From a virus (lineage: Duplodnaviria > Caudoviricetes), in the IMG/VR virus record IMGVR_UViG_3300009168_000013, positions 1 to 56,124 of that record: a stretch of 56,124 bases of DNA. One strand, given 5' to 3'. The position numbers and the translations under genes were made by a program. How positions within the stretch are numbered: the stretch's first letter is position 1; each line of letters begins with the position of its first letter. The notes below the pieces were generated by a model. It made no database searches. It saw only the letters and a list, made by a program, of their open reading frames with translations, and was not told the DNA's origin. This document shows, one piece after another, positions 1 through 9,269 of this stretch.

Positions 1-123
1 GCGTCGTGCTCTACGTGGACGACCCGGGTGAGACGCCCCGGGACAACCAGGGCTACCCGCTCGCGCAGGCTGCTCCGGCGCCGACCGCCACGCCGCCTCC
101 CCCGGCCCAGCCTCGCCACGCCC
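1..123. repeat. Terminal overlap identical to 56002-56124 (circular assembly; unit length 56,001 bp)
   Basis: The first 123 nt match the last 123 nt exactly, and the MuF reading frame continues across the join. Confidence 0.97.
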
Positions 124-1004
124 CCAAGGCCGACCGTCCGTTGGGGCCTCCGGCGCCCCGCTCCACGTTCACGCCCACCACCTCCGCTCCGGCTCCCCCG
201 CCGAAGCCGCCCCCGCCCAAGGCGCCTCCTCCCGGCGCCTCGTTCAACACCGCTGGCTTCCACGTCGGGCGCATCTCCCACAAGAACCCCTGGGAGTTGA
301 CCGACGCCGCCAAGGTCGAGATGGACGGGCTCATGCGGGCCGTGCAGGACGACCTCGTCCGCATGTACGACACCCACCTGCGCCCGGTCGGCCTGCGGAC
401 CGACGGCCTCCAGTTCACCCACCACGGCGCCAACAACGTCGAGTGGCATGCGCGCATCGTCGACGCCGACGGCGAGTTCGTCGGCCACTTCGACCGGGGC
501 CTGTACCTCAACAACGACAACCGCTGGGAGGTCCACCACAACCTCTGGAGCCTCGAAGCCGAGGTGCAGGGTCAGGGCCTCGCCACCAAGATCAACGACG
601 CCGCCTTCGACCTCTACCGGGCCTGGGGAGTCGACGAGGTCACCCTCCTCGCCAACATCGACGTCGGCGGCTACGCCTGGGCGAAGCAGGGCTTCGCCTG
701 GGACCGCAGCGCCCACTCGGAGGTCATCACCATGTTCGGCCGGGTGGAGCGCCGCCTCGACGAGTACTTCGACACGTACCTGCCCGAGACGCTGGAGGCC
801 GCCCGGGCCGACCTCGCCGTGCTGCGGCAGCGGGCTCGGGACTTCGACCCCTCCCACCCCTCGTTCCCCTCGCCGTTCGACATCTCGCGCATCGGCTACC
901 GGGACGAGATCGCCGCCCTCCACCCCGCCAAGAAGGGGTACCGCTGGGTCGGCAAAGACGCCATGCTCGGCTCGACGTGGTACGGCGTGCTCCCCCTCGC
1001 CTGA
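1..1004 (+). CDS. C-terminal extension of the MuF protein: Pro-rich linker plus GNAT-like domain
   Basis: In frame with the 55263 ORF across the overlap; acetyl-CoA-binding-like motif VQGQGLAT followed by ANIDVGGYAWAKQGF. Confidence 0.75.
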   Translation, partial: VVLYVDDPGETPRDNQGYPLAQAAPAPTATPPPPAQPRHAPKADRPLGPPAPRSTFTPTTSAPAPPPKPPPPKAPPPGASFNTAGFHVGRISHKNPWELTDAAKVEMDGLMRAVQDDLVRMYDTHLRPVGLRTDGLQFTHHGANNVEWHARIVDADGEFVGHFDRGLYLNNDNRWEVHHNLWSLEAEVQGQGLATKINDAAFDLYRAWGVDEVTLLANIDVGGYAWAKQGFAWDRSAHSEVITMFGRVERRLDEYFDTYLPETLEAARADLAVLRQRARDFDPSHPSFPSPFDISRIGYRDEIAALHPAKKGYRWVGKDAMLGSTWYGVLPLA

Positions 1005-1018
1005 CCTATCCTGGCCCG

Positions 1019-1261
1019 GTGCCCAAGTCGAAGCCCGCCAAGCCCACCGCCGTCGAGGTGGCCGAGGGCCGTCGTCGTCAGGCCGCCCTCTACCGGCTGC
1101 ACTCCGCCTGGACCGCCAAGCACGCCGATGCGACGGCCGTGCCCTCCCGCCCCGGCTCCGAGGACGTCTCCGTCCACCACCTCGACCTGGAGCCCTCCGT
1201 CGAGGCGGAGCGTGAGTTCCAGGCGGCGGCAGCCGCCCTGTACCCCTGGCCGCCCTCGTGA
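1019..1261 (+). CDS. Small protein (80 aa) directly after MuF; candidate partner/immunity protein
   Basis: GTG 1019 lies 6 nt after a TATCCT -10-like box (1007-1012), i.e. leaderless. Confidence 0.65.
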   Translation: MPKSKPAKPTAVEVAEGRRRQAALYRLHSAWTAKHADATAVPSRPGSEDVSVHHLDLEPSVEAEREFQAAAAALYPWPPS

Positions 1262-1293
1262 CGTAGGCTCGCCCCCGAACCCAGGGAGGTCAC

Positions 1294-1569
1294 ATGGGCG
1301 TAGCAGGCTGCATCGCGAACGTGCTCCAGTCGTGCGGAGGGGCTGTCGTCCCCTCCACCGGGGCGACGGCGGGGACGCCGGGCACCTGGGCGCCGGGCGG
1401 CTCGACGCCCCCGGCCAACGCCTCCGCTGCGAACACCGCCGGAGTGCTCGCCACCCCGGCGACGGCCTGGACCATCGGCCAGTACGTGCAGGGCTCGACG
1501 GCCGGTGCTGGCGGGGAGATGTTCTGGAACGGCACGGCCTGGAACATGGGCCGGAGCGTGACGCCGTAA
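1294..1569 (+). CDS. Small virion decoration-like protein, similar to the C-terminal domain of the major tail protein
   Basis: SD GGGAGG; TPATAWTIGQYV..WNGTAW resembles SPTTPWGLDSYV..WDGTAW in the 6083 gene. Confidence 0.7.
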   Translation: MGVAGCIANVLQSCGGAVVPSTGATAGTPGTWAPGGSTPPANASAANTAGVLATPATAWTIGQYVQGSTAGAGGEMFWNGTAWNMGRSVTP

Positions 1570-3260
1570 TGCCCTGGCACGTGAGCGCCGAGGGTGCGGT
1601 GGAGGGCTGCGCCGGGTACGCCGTCGTCAAGGACGACGACGACTCGGTCGCCGGGTGCCACGCCACCCAGGACGAGGCCGAAGCGCAGATGGCCGCCCTG
1701 TATGCCGAGGAGGAGGCCTCGCTGGAGTCGCTGGCCGCCGCCCCCACCACCACCCCGCCCGCCGAGTTCCACGGCCCCCTGGCCTTCGAGGATCAGCCGA
1801 CGGGCGACGGTCGCCTGTTCATGCCGGGCTCGCTCCGCTGGCGGGAGCCGCCCCTCCCGCTCATGTGGCAGATCGAAGCCTGGGAGGGCCACTCCGGGGC
1901 CGTGCAGGTCGGCGTGCTCGACCGCCTCGTCAAGCGAGGCCCGGTCGTCTGGGGCTACGGCACGTTCGACCTCGGCTCCGAGGAGGGCCGGGAGGCTGCG
2001 CGCAGGCTCGACGAGGGCTACCTGCGGGGCAACTCAGTCGACATCGACTCCGACGCCGACGTGGAGGTCGTCATGCCGGAGCCGGAGGACGAGGAGGACG
2101 TCGCCGCCCTGTTCGCCATGCCCGAGGAGGTCCGCTTCCACGACGCCGCCATCATGGGCACGACGCTGGTCGCCTTCCCGGCCTTCGCCGGTGCCCATCT
2201 CCGCTCTGGCCCCGGCAACCCGGACGCCGAGGAGGAGGTCGACTCGCCGACCGTCGTGATGACCGCCTCCGGCGAGGTGGGCCTGCTGCTGGGCGGCTCC
2301 ATCGTCCCCGCCACCCTCGTCCGCATGTCGGGCGACCGCTTCACCGTCGACCTCGTGCCGCCGCTCGCCCCTCCGGGCCAGTCCTACGAGGAGTTCGTCG
2401 GCGCCCCGCCCTTCCCGCCCAAGGCGAAGGAGGACGAGGAGGCCCCTGAGGAGCCGGAGGAGGAGGAGAAGCCGTCCGGCGATGCGCTGGTGGCCCTGCT
2501 GGAGGAAGCCCTGGAGGCGGCAAAGAAGGCCGCCAAGGCGGGGGAAGCCGCCGTGCTGCCCGCCGCCCTGGAGGACACGCTGGTCGCCTCCGGCCTCCCG
2601 CACCTGCTGGCCCCGCCCCCGGAGTGGTTCAGTCCCCCGGTGCTCTCCGCCCCCACGCACCTCACCGTCGATGACGACGGCCGGGTCTACGGCCACCTGG
2701 CCCTCTGGGACTCGTGCCACACCTCGTTCGGCGATCGCTGCATCCGGGCTCCCCGGTCGTCCACGTCCTACGCCTACTTCCGCTCCGGGGAGGTCCTCTG
2801 CGCCGACGGCTCCCGCATCGCCACCGGGGCGATCACCCTCGACACCGACCACGCCCACATCTCCCTGGCCGCCTCGCCCGCCAAGGCGCACTACGACCAC
2901 ACCGGGGCAGCCGTAGCCGACGTGGCCGCCGGTGAGGACGCCTTCGGCATCTGGCTCGCCGGGTCGATGCGCCCGACGGCCTCGCCGGAGTCGGTGCGCG
3001 CACTCCGGGCGGCGGACGTCTCGGGCGACTGGCGGGGCATCCCCGGCATCGGCTCCGAGTTGGTCGCCGTGCTCGCCGTCAACGTGCCCGGCTTCCCCAT
3101 CCCCCGGGTCCACTCCCGCCACAAGGGCGACCGGCTCACGGCGCTGGTCGCCGGGGCCGCCCTGTTCACGCCCGAGTCGGAACGGGAGGCCATCGCCGCC
3201 TCCATCGGCCGGGACCCCTCCACCCGGCGGGCCGAGTTGGCCGCCCTCGTCCACGCCTAG
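1569..3260 (+). CDS. Capsid maturation protease/scaffold-like protein
   Basis: TAATG coupling; TGDGR..PLPLMWQ..GH.GAV and GRVYGHLALWDSCH..SGDWR motifs seen in actinophage head-maturation proteins; lies before the capsid gene. Confidence 0.75.
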   Translation: MPWHVSAEGAVEGCAGYAVVKDDDDSVAGCHATQDEAEAQMAALYAEEEASLESLAAAPTTTPPAEFHGPLAFEDQPTGDGRLFMPGSLRWREPPLPLMWQIEAWEGHSGAVQVGVLDRLVKRGPVVWGYGTFDLGSEEGREAARRLDEGYLRGNSVDIDSDADVEVVMPEPEDEEDVAALFAMPEEVRFHDAAIMGTTLVAFPAFAGAHLRSGPGNPDAEEEVDSPTVVMTASGEVGLLLGGSIVPATLVRMSGDRFTVDLVPPLAPPGQSYEEFVGAPPFPPKAKEDEEAPEEPEEEEKPSGDALVALLEEALEAAKKAAKAGEAAVLPAALEDTLVASGLPHLLAPPPEWFSPPVLSAPTHLTVDDDGRVYGHLALWDSCHTSFGDRCIRAPRSSTSYAYFRSGEVLCADGSRIATGAITLDTDHAHISLAASPAKAHYDHTGAAVADVAAGEDAFGIWLAGSMRPTASPESVRALRAADVSGDWRGIPGIGSELVAVLAVNVPGFPIPRVHSRHKGDRLTALVAGAALFTPESEREAIAASIGRDPSTRRAELAALVHA

Positions 3261-3269
3261 GAGCGCCTC

Positions 3270-3458
3270 GTGGCCTGCGGCTGCATGAAGAAGAACACGC
3301 CCGGGGCCTCGCAGCGCCTCGTGGCTTCCGCTCCTCCCCCGGCCCGGGTCGGGCCGTGGAAGGTCACCTACACCAACGGCTCCACCGAGACGTTCCCCAC
3401 GCTGCTCCCGGCCCAGCGGGCCGTGCGCCGTCGTGGCGGGCGCATCGACGCCGCCTGA
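3270..3458 (+). CDS. Small head-module protein (MACGC-type)
   Basis: ORF between protease and capsid with an N-terminal CGC. Confidence 0.7.
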   Translation: MACGCMKKNTPGASQRLVASAPPPARVGPWKVTYTNGSTETFPTLLPAQRAVRRRGGRIDAA

Positions 3459-3557
3459 CGTCTCGCGTTACGCTCCACCCCGCCTGGCCCGTAGTGGCTC
3501 GGCCCCCAGCCCGTAGCGGCCTCTCGTTCCCCACCGCTCGCCCACTGGAGGGCCGCC

Positions 3558-5225
3558 ATGCTCCGCTCCCGCCTCGATGCCTGGCTCACGCTCGGCAACC
3601 TGACCGCCGAGGGCGACCTCGTCGTGCCGGAGGACCTCACGCCGCTCTCCGATGCGGACCTGGCCTCCCTCCTGGCCGATGCTGTCGACTCGTTCGACTC
3701 CCTGTACGACGACGCTGATACCCCGGTCGCCGACCTCACGAACCTGGCCGAGGCCGTCAAGGCCATCAAGGCCGAGCAGGAGCAGCGGGCTGTCGCCGCC
3801 GAAGCCGACGCCGAAGCGCGCACCGCCCTCCTGGCCCAGGTGCATCCCGAGGGGATCGAGGACGCAGAGACGCCCGTCGAGCCCGATCCTGAGCCCGGCG
3901 AGCCCGACCCCGACGACCCTGAGGCCGAGGCCGAGGCCGTCACCGAGCCGGAGCCCGAGCCGGTCCTGGCCGCTGCCACGGTCGTCCGGCGCCCTTCGGC
4001 GGCGGCTGTCCGGCGCTCGGCGCCCGCCGTGCCCGCAGGCCCTTCCGGCCCCGGTGTCACCATCGTCGCTGCGGCTGACCTCCCCGGCATCGTCACCGGC
4101 TCCCGCCTCGGCTCCCTCGCCGAGGTGGCGGCGGCGGCCACGGCCCGGGCGCAGATGCTCAACGACCCCTCGCCCAACATGCCGGTCGCCCGGTTCAACC
4201 TGCCGATCCCCGAGACGCTCACCGCCTCCGGCTCGCAGGAGGACGATTGGGACGTGATCCAGCGCCTCGTCGGCCTCCCGGCCCAGGCGAACCTGCTGGC
4301 CTCGGGCGGCTGGTGCGCTCCGTCGACGCCGCTCTACGACCTGTACGCCATCGACGCCGCCTCCGGGCTGCTGGACCTCCCGACGGTGCGCGCACCCCGG
4401 GGCGGCCTGCTCATCCCCGAGTCGCCCGACATCTCCGACGTCATGGCCCACCCCTGGCTCTGGACCGAGGCCAACGACGAGAACCCGGCCACTCCGGCCA
4501 CCAAGCCCTGCATCAAGGTCCCCTGCCCGACGTGGAGCGACTGTCGGCTCGACGCCCACGGCATCTGCGTCACCGCCGGGAACCTGCAAGACCGGGCCTT
4601 CCCCGAGATGACCCGGCGCTTCATCGCCCTCGTGCTCAACGCCCACGCCCACGTCGTCTCGAAGCGCATGATCGACGCCATCGTGGCGGCCTCCGGTACG
4701 GCCGTGAACGTCACCGAGGGCACCTCCGGCATCACCGGGGAGTTGCTCGGCGCCGTCGACCTGGCCATCGCCGACTACAAGAGCAAGTACCGCATGGCGG
4801 AGGGCGCCGTGCTGGAGGTGCTGCTCCCCGCCTGGACGGAGGAGATCGTCCGCAGCGACCTGGCTCGCCGGGCCGGTGTCGACAACATGCTCAACATCTC
4901 CGACGCCCAGGTGCGAGCGTTCTTCACCGCCCGCAACGCTGCCCCGCAGTTCTTGCAGGACTACCAGCCGCTCTCGGTCGCCGGGACCCCGGTCACGGCC
5001 TGGCCCGCCGCCGTCAACTTCATCGTCATGTCGGCCGGGACCTACATCAAGGCCGACAACGGCACGCTCGACCTCGGCGTCGTGCGGGACTCGATCCTCA
5101 ACGAGACGAACGACCACACGGCCGCCTGGTCGGAGCAGTTCTTCTCCGTCTGCAAGGTCGGCTACGAGAGCCGCATCTACGCCGTCACCGGCGCCGCCTC
5201 CGGCATCACCGGCTGCTGCGCGTGA
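3558..5225 (+). CDS. Major capsid (hexamer) protein
   Basis: SD GGAGG; acidic N-terminal scaffold-like region; ASGGWCAPS..YD and LDLGVVRDS.LN.TND motifs of cluster-B-like capsids. Confidence 0.9.
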   Translation: MLRSRLDAWLTLGNLTAEGDLVVPEDLTPLSDADLASLLADAVDSFDSLYDDADTPVADLTNLAEAVKAIKAEQEQRAVAAEADAEARTALLAQVHPEGIEDAETPVEPDPEPGEPDPDDPEAEAEAVTEPEPEPVLAAATVVRRPSAAAVRRSAPAVPAGPSGPGVTIVAAADLPGIVTGSRLGSLAEVAAAATARAQMLNDPSPNMPVARFNLPIPETLTASGSQEDDWDVIQRLVGLPAQANLLASGGWCAPSTPLYDLYAIDAASGLLDLPTVRAPRGGLLIPESPDISDVMAHPWLWTEANDENPATPATKPCIKVPCPTWSDCRLDAHGICVTAGNLQDRAFPEMTRRFIALVLNAHAHVVSKRMIDAIVAASGTAVNVTEGTSGITGELLGAVDLAIADYKSKYRMAEGAVLEVLLPAWTEEIVRSDLARRAGVDNMLNISDAQVRAFFTARNAAPQFLQDYQPLSVAGTPVTAWPAAVNFIVMSAGTYIKADNGTLDLGVVRDSILNETNDHTAAWSEQFFSVCKVGYESRIYAVTGAASGITGCCA

Positions 5226-5253
5226 GCCTGACGGGACCTGAGGGGAGGCAGCC

Positions 5254-6072
5254 ATGACCACGGTGGACCCGCAGGTGCTCCTGCTGCCCGCCTCCGGGCC
5301 TGAGGTGCCCCCGCCGTCCTACGTCGGGCGGCCGGGCACCCTGCTCGACGTTGTCTCCGTCACCGACTCGGCGGAGCCGTCGTGGACCTCCGGCTTCATC
5401 ACCCGGGACCTCTGCCCCGGCTCCATCGACGTCGACCTGGGCTCCTGCCTCGCCGCCCCGGTGCCGAAGTCAGTCGGGACCGGCTCCATCTTCGACGGCT
5501 GGGCGCCGTTCACGGTGTACGCCTTCTACTCCTGCTCCCCGGCTGGCATCACCGAGGAGGAGGCCCGGGCGGCGGCCTCCGGCACCCTCACGGCGAAGCA
5601 GAGCATGGGAGTGGAGTTGGAGGTGCTCCTCGGCCCGGTGCGCGGAGCCGCCTTCGGTGCTCAGGCGCAAGCCACCGACCTCGGCCTGTTCCCCTCGGTC
5701 GATGCTCTCGCTGTCGTCTCCGGGGCCTACCACCAGGAGAACGGCGACGGGCAGGGAGTGATCCTGGTCGCCGTCTCGGCGGGCACGCAGTTGGCCGCCG
5801 CCCGGGCCATCGACCGTGTCTCGGGCCGGTGGACGGCGCCGTGCGGCTGCCCGGTCGTGCTCTCCTCCGCCCTCGACAACCGGACCCTGTTCCCCAAGCC
5901 GGAGATGTACCACTTCGGCGCCATGAAGGTGATGGCTGGCCCGGCCTTCGACCTCGGCGTCCACGTCAACAACGTGAACGACCGCACCGTCATCGTGGAG
6001 CGCACCTTCGGCGTGGCCTGGGCCTGCGACCCGATCATGGCGACCACGCCCGCCATCACCCAACTCTCCTGA
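5254..6072 (+). CDS. Capsid pentamer protein (putative)
   Basis: Follows the hexamer gene; PFTVYA...C and N.R.VIVERT motifs. Confidence 0.7.
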   Translation: MTTVDPQVLLLPASGPEVPPPSYVGRPGTLLDVVSVTDSAEPSWTSGFITRDLCPGSIDVDLGSCLAAPVPKSVGTGSIFDGWAPFTVYAFYSCSPAGITEEEARAAASGTLTAKQSMGVELEVLLGPVRGAAFGAQAQATDLGLFPSVDALAVVSGAYHQENGDGQGVILVAVSAGTQLAAARAIDRVSGRWTAPCGCPVVLSSALDNRTLFPKPEMYHFGAMKVMAGPAFDLGVHVNNVNDRTVIVERTFGVAWACDPIMATTPAITQLS

Positions 6073-6082
6073 GGAGCACCCC

Positions 6083-6961
6083 ATGACTGGCTTCCCCTCC
6101 GTCAAGGCCAAGGTCATCCGCCTCACGAAGGTCGATGAGTGCGGCGAGGTCGTCTACGGCGAGTGCTCCTCCATCGTCTCCGACGGCTTCATCCGCATCG
6201 CCACCGCTCCCGAGTTGGAGACGGGCGAGGAGTTCATCCAGAAGAACGCCTGGGGCGACCTCTGCGTCAACGACAAGGACGCCGACCGGCTCAAGCGCCT
6301 CAACCTGACGGTCGAGTTGTGCCGGGTCGACCCGGCCCTGCTGGACTTCTTCCTCGGCTCCGACGTCATCGAGGACGCCGGGATGGTGGTCGGCGCCCAG
6401 ATCAGCGAGCAGGTGGCGGAGGGCGGCTTCGTGCTGGAGACGTGGACGAAGGTCGCCGGAGGGGCCTGCGGAGTGGCGGGGGCCTGGATCTACTGGCTCT
6501 GGCCCTGGGTCGTCAACGGCGCCCTCGGCGAGTTCACCATCGAGAACGGGCCGCTCACCATGAGCATCACCGCCAACACCCAGGGTGCCCCGGCGACGTT
6601 CGACACTGGGCCGTATGACCCGGCGGGCCTCCTCGTGCCGGTGCTGGAGGGTCGCCACCTGGCCTTCAACCAGACCTCGGTCGGGCCGCCCGACGTCACC
6701 GACGGCTGCGTGGAGTTGACCGCTCCGGGCGCGCAACTGGCGACGACCGCCACGGAGGTCGACGGCGACTCGGGCACGTTCGGCCCGGTCGGCTCCCGCC
6801 GCCCCGCCTCCAAGGCCGAGTTGGACACCATCATCGGCGCCAACGTCTCCCCGACGACGCCCTGGGGCCTCGACTCCTACGTCTACGTCGGCGCCACCGA
6901 CCAGGCCGCCAGCCAGTTCTTCTGGGACGGCACGGCCTGGGTCGCCGGGAAGGGCACCTGA
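6083..6961 (+). CDS. Major tail protein with C-terminal accessory domain
   Basis: SD GAGGAG; R.TKVDECG, GEEFIQKNAWGDLCV and ELCRVDP motifs. Confidence 0.85.
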   Translation: MTGFPSVKAKVIRLTKVDECGEVVYGECSSIVSDGFIRIATAPELETGEEFIQKNAWGDLCVNDKDADRLKRLNLTVELCRVDPALLDFFLGSDVIEDAGMVVGAQISEQVAEGGFVLETWTKVAGGACGVAGAWIYWLWPWVVNGALGEFTIENGPLTMSITANTQGAPATFDTGPYDPAGLLVPVLEGRHLAFNQTSVGPPDVTDGCVELTAPGAQLATTATEVDGDSGTFGPVGSRRPASKAELDTIIGANVSPTTPWGLDSYVYVGATDQAASQFFWDGTAWVAGKGT

Positions 6962-6981
6962 GCCTCTGGGAGGATGAGCCC

Positions 6982-7734
6982 ATGAGCGACACGCTGACCG
7001 GCCCCGGGTGCGAACCCTGGCCGATGGCGCCCTGCCCTCTCCCCGACAACACCCTCCCCGAGTTCCAGGCCTGGGCGCGCACCGCCGCCGAGGAGATGCT
7101 CTGGGCGGCCTCCGGGCGGCAGTTCGGCGTCTGCCGGGCCGTCGAGGCCTTCGGCGTGTACCGGGCTGTCGACTGTTCGGTGCCCTGGGGGCCGCAGGCC
7201 GCCGCTCTCGGCCCCTCGGTGCTGCCCGGGCTGGTCACCGGCGCCCCGCTGCGGGACCGCTGCTGCGCCCTGCTGCTCCGCTCGCCCGCCGTCGCCGTCC
7301 ACTCCGTCTCGGTCGACGGGCTCGGGCTCGACCCGGGCGAGTACGTCCTCGCCGGGGATCGGCTCCTCACCGCTGAGGGCGGCTGCTGGCCCTCGGTCGA
7401 CGGCTGCTCCCCGCCGGGCATCGTCGTCGACTACACCCGGGGAGTGGCCCCTCCGGCCGTGGCGGCGGGGGCGATGAGCGAGTTGTACGTGGAACTTCTC
7501 CGGGCCTGCTCCGGCGATGCCGGGTGCCGCCTGCCGACGCGCATCGTCAACCTGGCCCGCCAAGGTGTGCAGATGGTGCTCCTCGACCCGCAGGACTACC
7601 TCGACAACGGCCGCCTCGGCCTGCCCCTCTCCGACCTGTTCCTCGTCACCGTCAACCCCTCCCACCTCACCATGCCCTCCCGGGTCGTCTCCCCCGACTA
7701 CTTCGACGGCGGGCTCCGGGTCGTGGCACCGTGA
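6982..7734 (+). CDS. Head-to-tail adaptor
   Basis: LWAASGRQFGVC, CRLP.R..NLARQGV, D.FL..VNP motifs; synteny. Confidence 0.75.
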   Translation: MSDTLTGPGCEPWPMAPCPLPDNTLPEFQAWARTAAEEMLWAASGRQFGVCRAVEAFGVYRAVDCSVPWGPQAAALGPSVLPGLVTGAPLRDRCCALLLRSPAVAVHSVSVDGLGLDPGEYVLAGDRLLTAEGGCWPSVDGCSPPGIVVDYTRGVAPPAVAAGAMSELYVELLRACSGDAGCRLPTRIVNLARQGVQMVLLDPQDYLDNGRLGLPLSDLFLVTVNPSHLTMPSRVVSPDYFDGGLRVVAP

Positions 7735-8252
7735 GCGTCCAGGTCCTCCCGGCCGTCTGGCCCTCGATGGCCTACGCCGCCGCTGACGAGTTGCTCTCCC
7801 GCTTCGTCGACACGGTCACGAGTGCTGGCCGCCCGGTCACGAGGGCCGAGGTCGTCCTGGGCGACCCGGCGCCCCTCGACTGTTGCGCGTACGCCTACTC
7901 GACGGTGCGCCGCCTGTTCCTCTCCTCGGCCTTCCCCCTCGACGACACCTTCGCCGCCGGGCTGGCCTTCGACCCGGTGCGCTGCATGACCGGCACCCCG
8001 GCCTGCACGCTCGACGTCGGCATCTTCCGCTGCATGCCCTCCCTCACCGACGGCGGCGACATGCCCTCGCTGGGCGAGCACGCCCTGGCCACCTCGGCCC
8101 TGTACGCCGACGCCGAGGCCCTCGTGGAGGCCCTCTCGTGCCAGGTGGACTTCGGCGTCTCCCCGGTCGCCGTCACCTTCGTCTCGCCGCTGGGCGGCTG
8201 CGGCAGCGTGTTCGGCTCCGTCACCGTCGACCTCGACCCGGTCGTCGGGTAG
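7731..8252 (+). CDS. Tail terminator/completion-like protein
   Basis: GTGA overlap; Cys-rich, P.GGC motif; synteny. Confidence 0.6.
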   Translation: MSVQVLPAVWPSMAYAAADELLSRFVDTVTSAGRPVTRAEVVLGDPAPLDCCAYAYSTVRRLFLSSAFPLDDTFAAGLAFDPVRCMTGTPACTLDVGIFRCMPSLTDGGDMPSLGEHALATSALYADAEALVEALSCQVDFGVSPVAVTFVSPLGGCGSVFGSVTVDLDPVVG

Positions 8253-8708
8253 GTGGCCGAGGCCTCGTTCACGGTCGAGTTGGAACCTCGGCAGGTGCAG
8301 GCCCTCCTGGCGGGCTCCTCCGGGCAGGTCATGGCCGACCTGCTGCGCCGGGGCCGCAACGTCGTCAACCGTGCCCGGGTGCTCTGCCCGGTCGACGAGG
8401 GGACGCTGCGCGCATCCATCGAGGCCGTGCCCTCTCGTGGCCCCGACGGCCTGCCGATGGTCCGGGTCGGCTCCCGGCTCCCCTACGCCATCTACGTCCA
8501 CGAGGGCACCGGCATCTACGGGCCTCGTGGCACGCCGATCCGCCCGGTGCGGGCCTCCATCCTCCGCTGGCCCGCCAAGAACAACTCTGGCGTCGGCCGC
8601 CGCCGGTACAAGGGCGGCTCGACGGCCAAGTGGATCTACGCCCGCCAGTCGTCGGGCTCGCCGCCCCGGCCCTTCCTGCGGGACGCCCTGCCCGAGGCCC
8701 AGCGGTAG
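8253..8708 (+). CDS. HK97 gp10-like neck/tail-completion protein
   Basis: CPVDEGTLRASI, YAIYVHEGTG and PRPFLRDAL motifs. Confidence 0.8.
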   Translation: MAEASFTVELEPRQVQALLAGSSGQVMADLLRRGRNVVNRARVLCPVDEGTLRASIEAVPSRGPDGLPMVRVGSRLPYAIYVHEGTGIYGPRGTPIRPVRASILRWPAKNNSGVGRRRYKGGSTAKWIYARQSSGSPPRPFLRDALPEAQR

Positions 8709-8751
8709 ATCGCAGGTGTGGGCACGCCTCCGGGCGGGTAGCCTGCCCCGC

Positions 8752-9192
8752 ATGGACGCTGTCGTGCTCCACCCCACCGACTACTTCGACGCCCTGCGGG
8801 AGACGGTGTTGACCCGGCTCAACACCGGGCTCGACTTCTCCCCCATGCTCCACGTCGTCACCGCCGCCCCCGAGGCCGAGGTGGCCGCCGTGCTCCGCTT
8901 CGATCCGCCCGGGGCCTCGTACCACGACCTGTTCGTCTCCACCCTCACCTACCTCGACGTCGACCGCTCTGCGCGCATCCTCCTGGCCTCGTTCGCCGCC
9001 CTCGTCGGCCGGGGCGACCTGCTCCTGCTCACCCAGCAGTTCGTCCGGCGTGGCGCTCCGCCCGTCTGCCTGGCCTGCGCCGTCTCCCGGGGCGACGACG
9101 GCGTCGTGACGCTGGGGCCGACCGGGCTGCTCCTGGCCGAGGACTTCTCCTCGCCCGCCCTCCCGGCGCTGGAGGCCCTGCTCAGGGACTAG
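8752..9192 (+). CDS. Hypothetical protein (leaderless)
   Basis: TAGCCT box 7 nt upstream of the ATG. Confidence 0.65.
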   Translation: MDAVVLHPTDYFDALRETVLTRLNTGLDFSPMLHVVTAAPEAEVAAVLRFDPPGASYHDLFVSTLTYLDVDRSARILLASFAALVGRGDLLLLTQQFVRRGAPPVCLACAVSRGDDGVVTLGPTGLLLAEDFSSPALPALEALLRD

Positions 9193-9269
9193 GTCGTTCG
9201 GCTCATCTGGGGAAACTTCGCCGAACAGGTTGCGTAGCCGCTGGGCGGCGGCTAGTCTATCCCCCTATG
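9191..9269 (+). promoter_or_regulatory. Conserved promoter repeat, copy 1
   Basis: GTCGTTCGGC 9193-9202; TTGCGT 9230-35; 17 bp; TAGTCT 9253-58; ATG 9267. Confidence 0.85.

Noticed and set aside
9222-9233. CGAAC-AG-GTTGC as a LexA/SOS box
   Set aside because: Spacing is 2 nt rather than the 4 nt of CGAAC-N4-GTTCG, and it is not kept in most copies.
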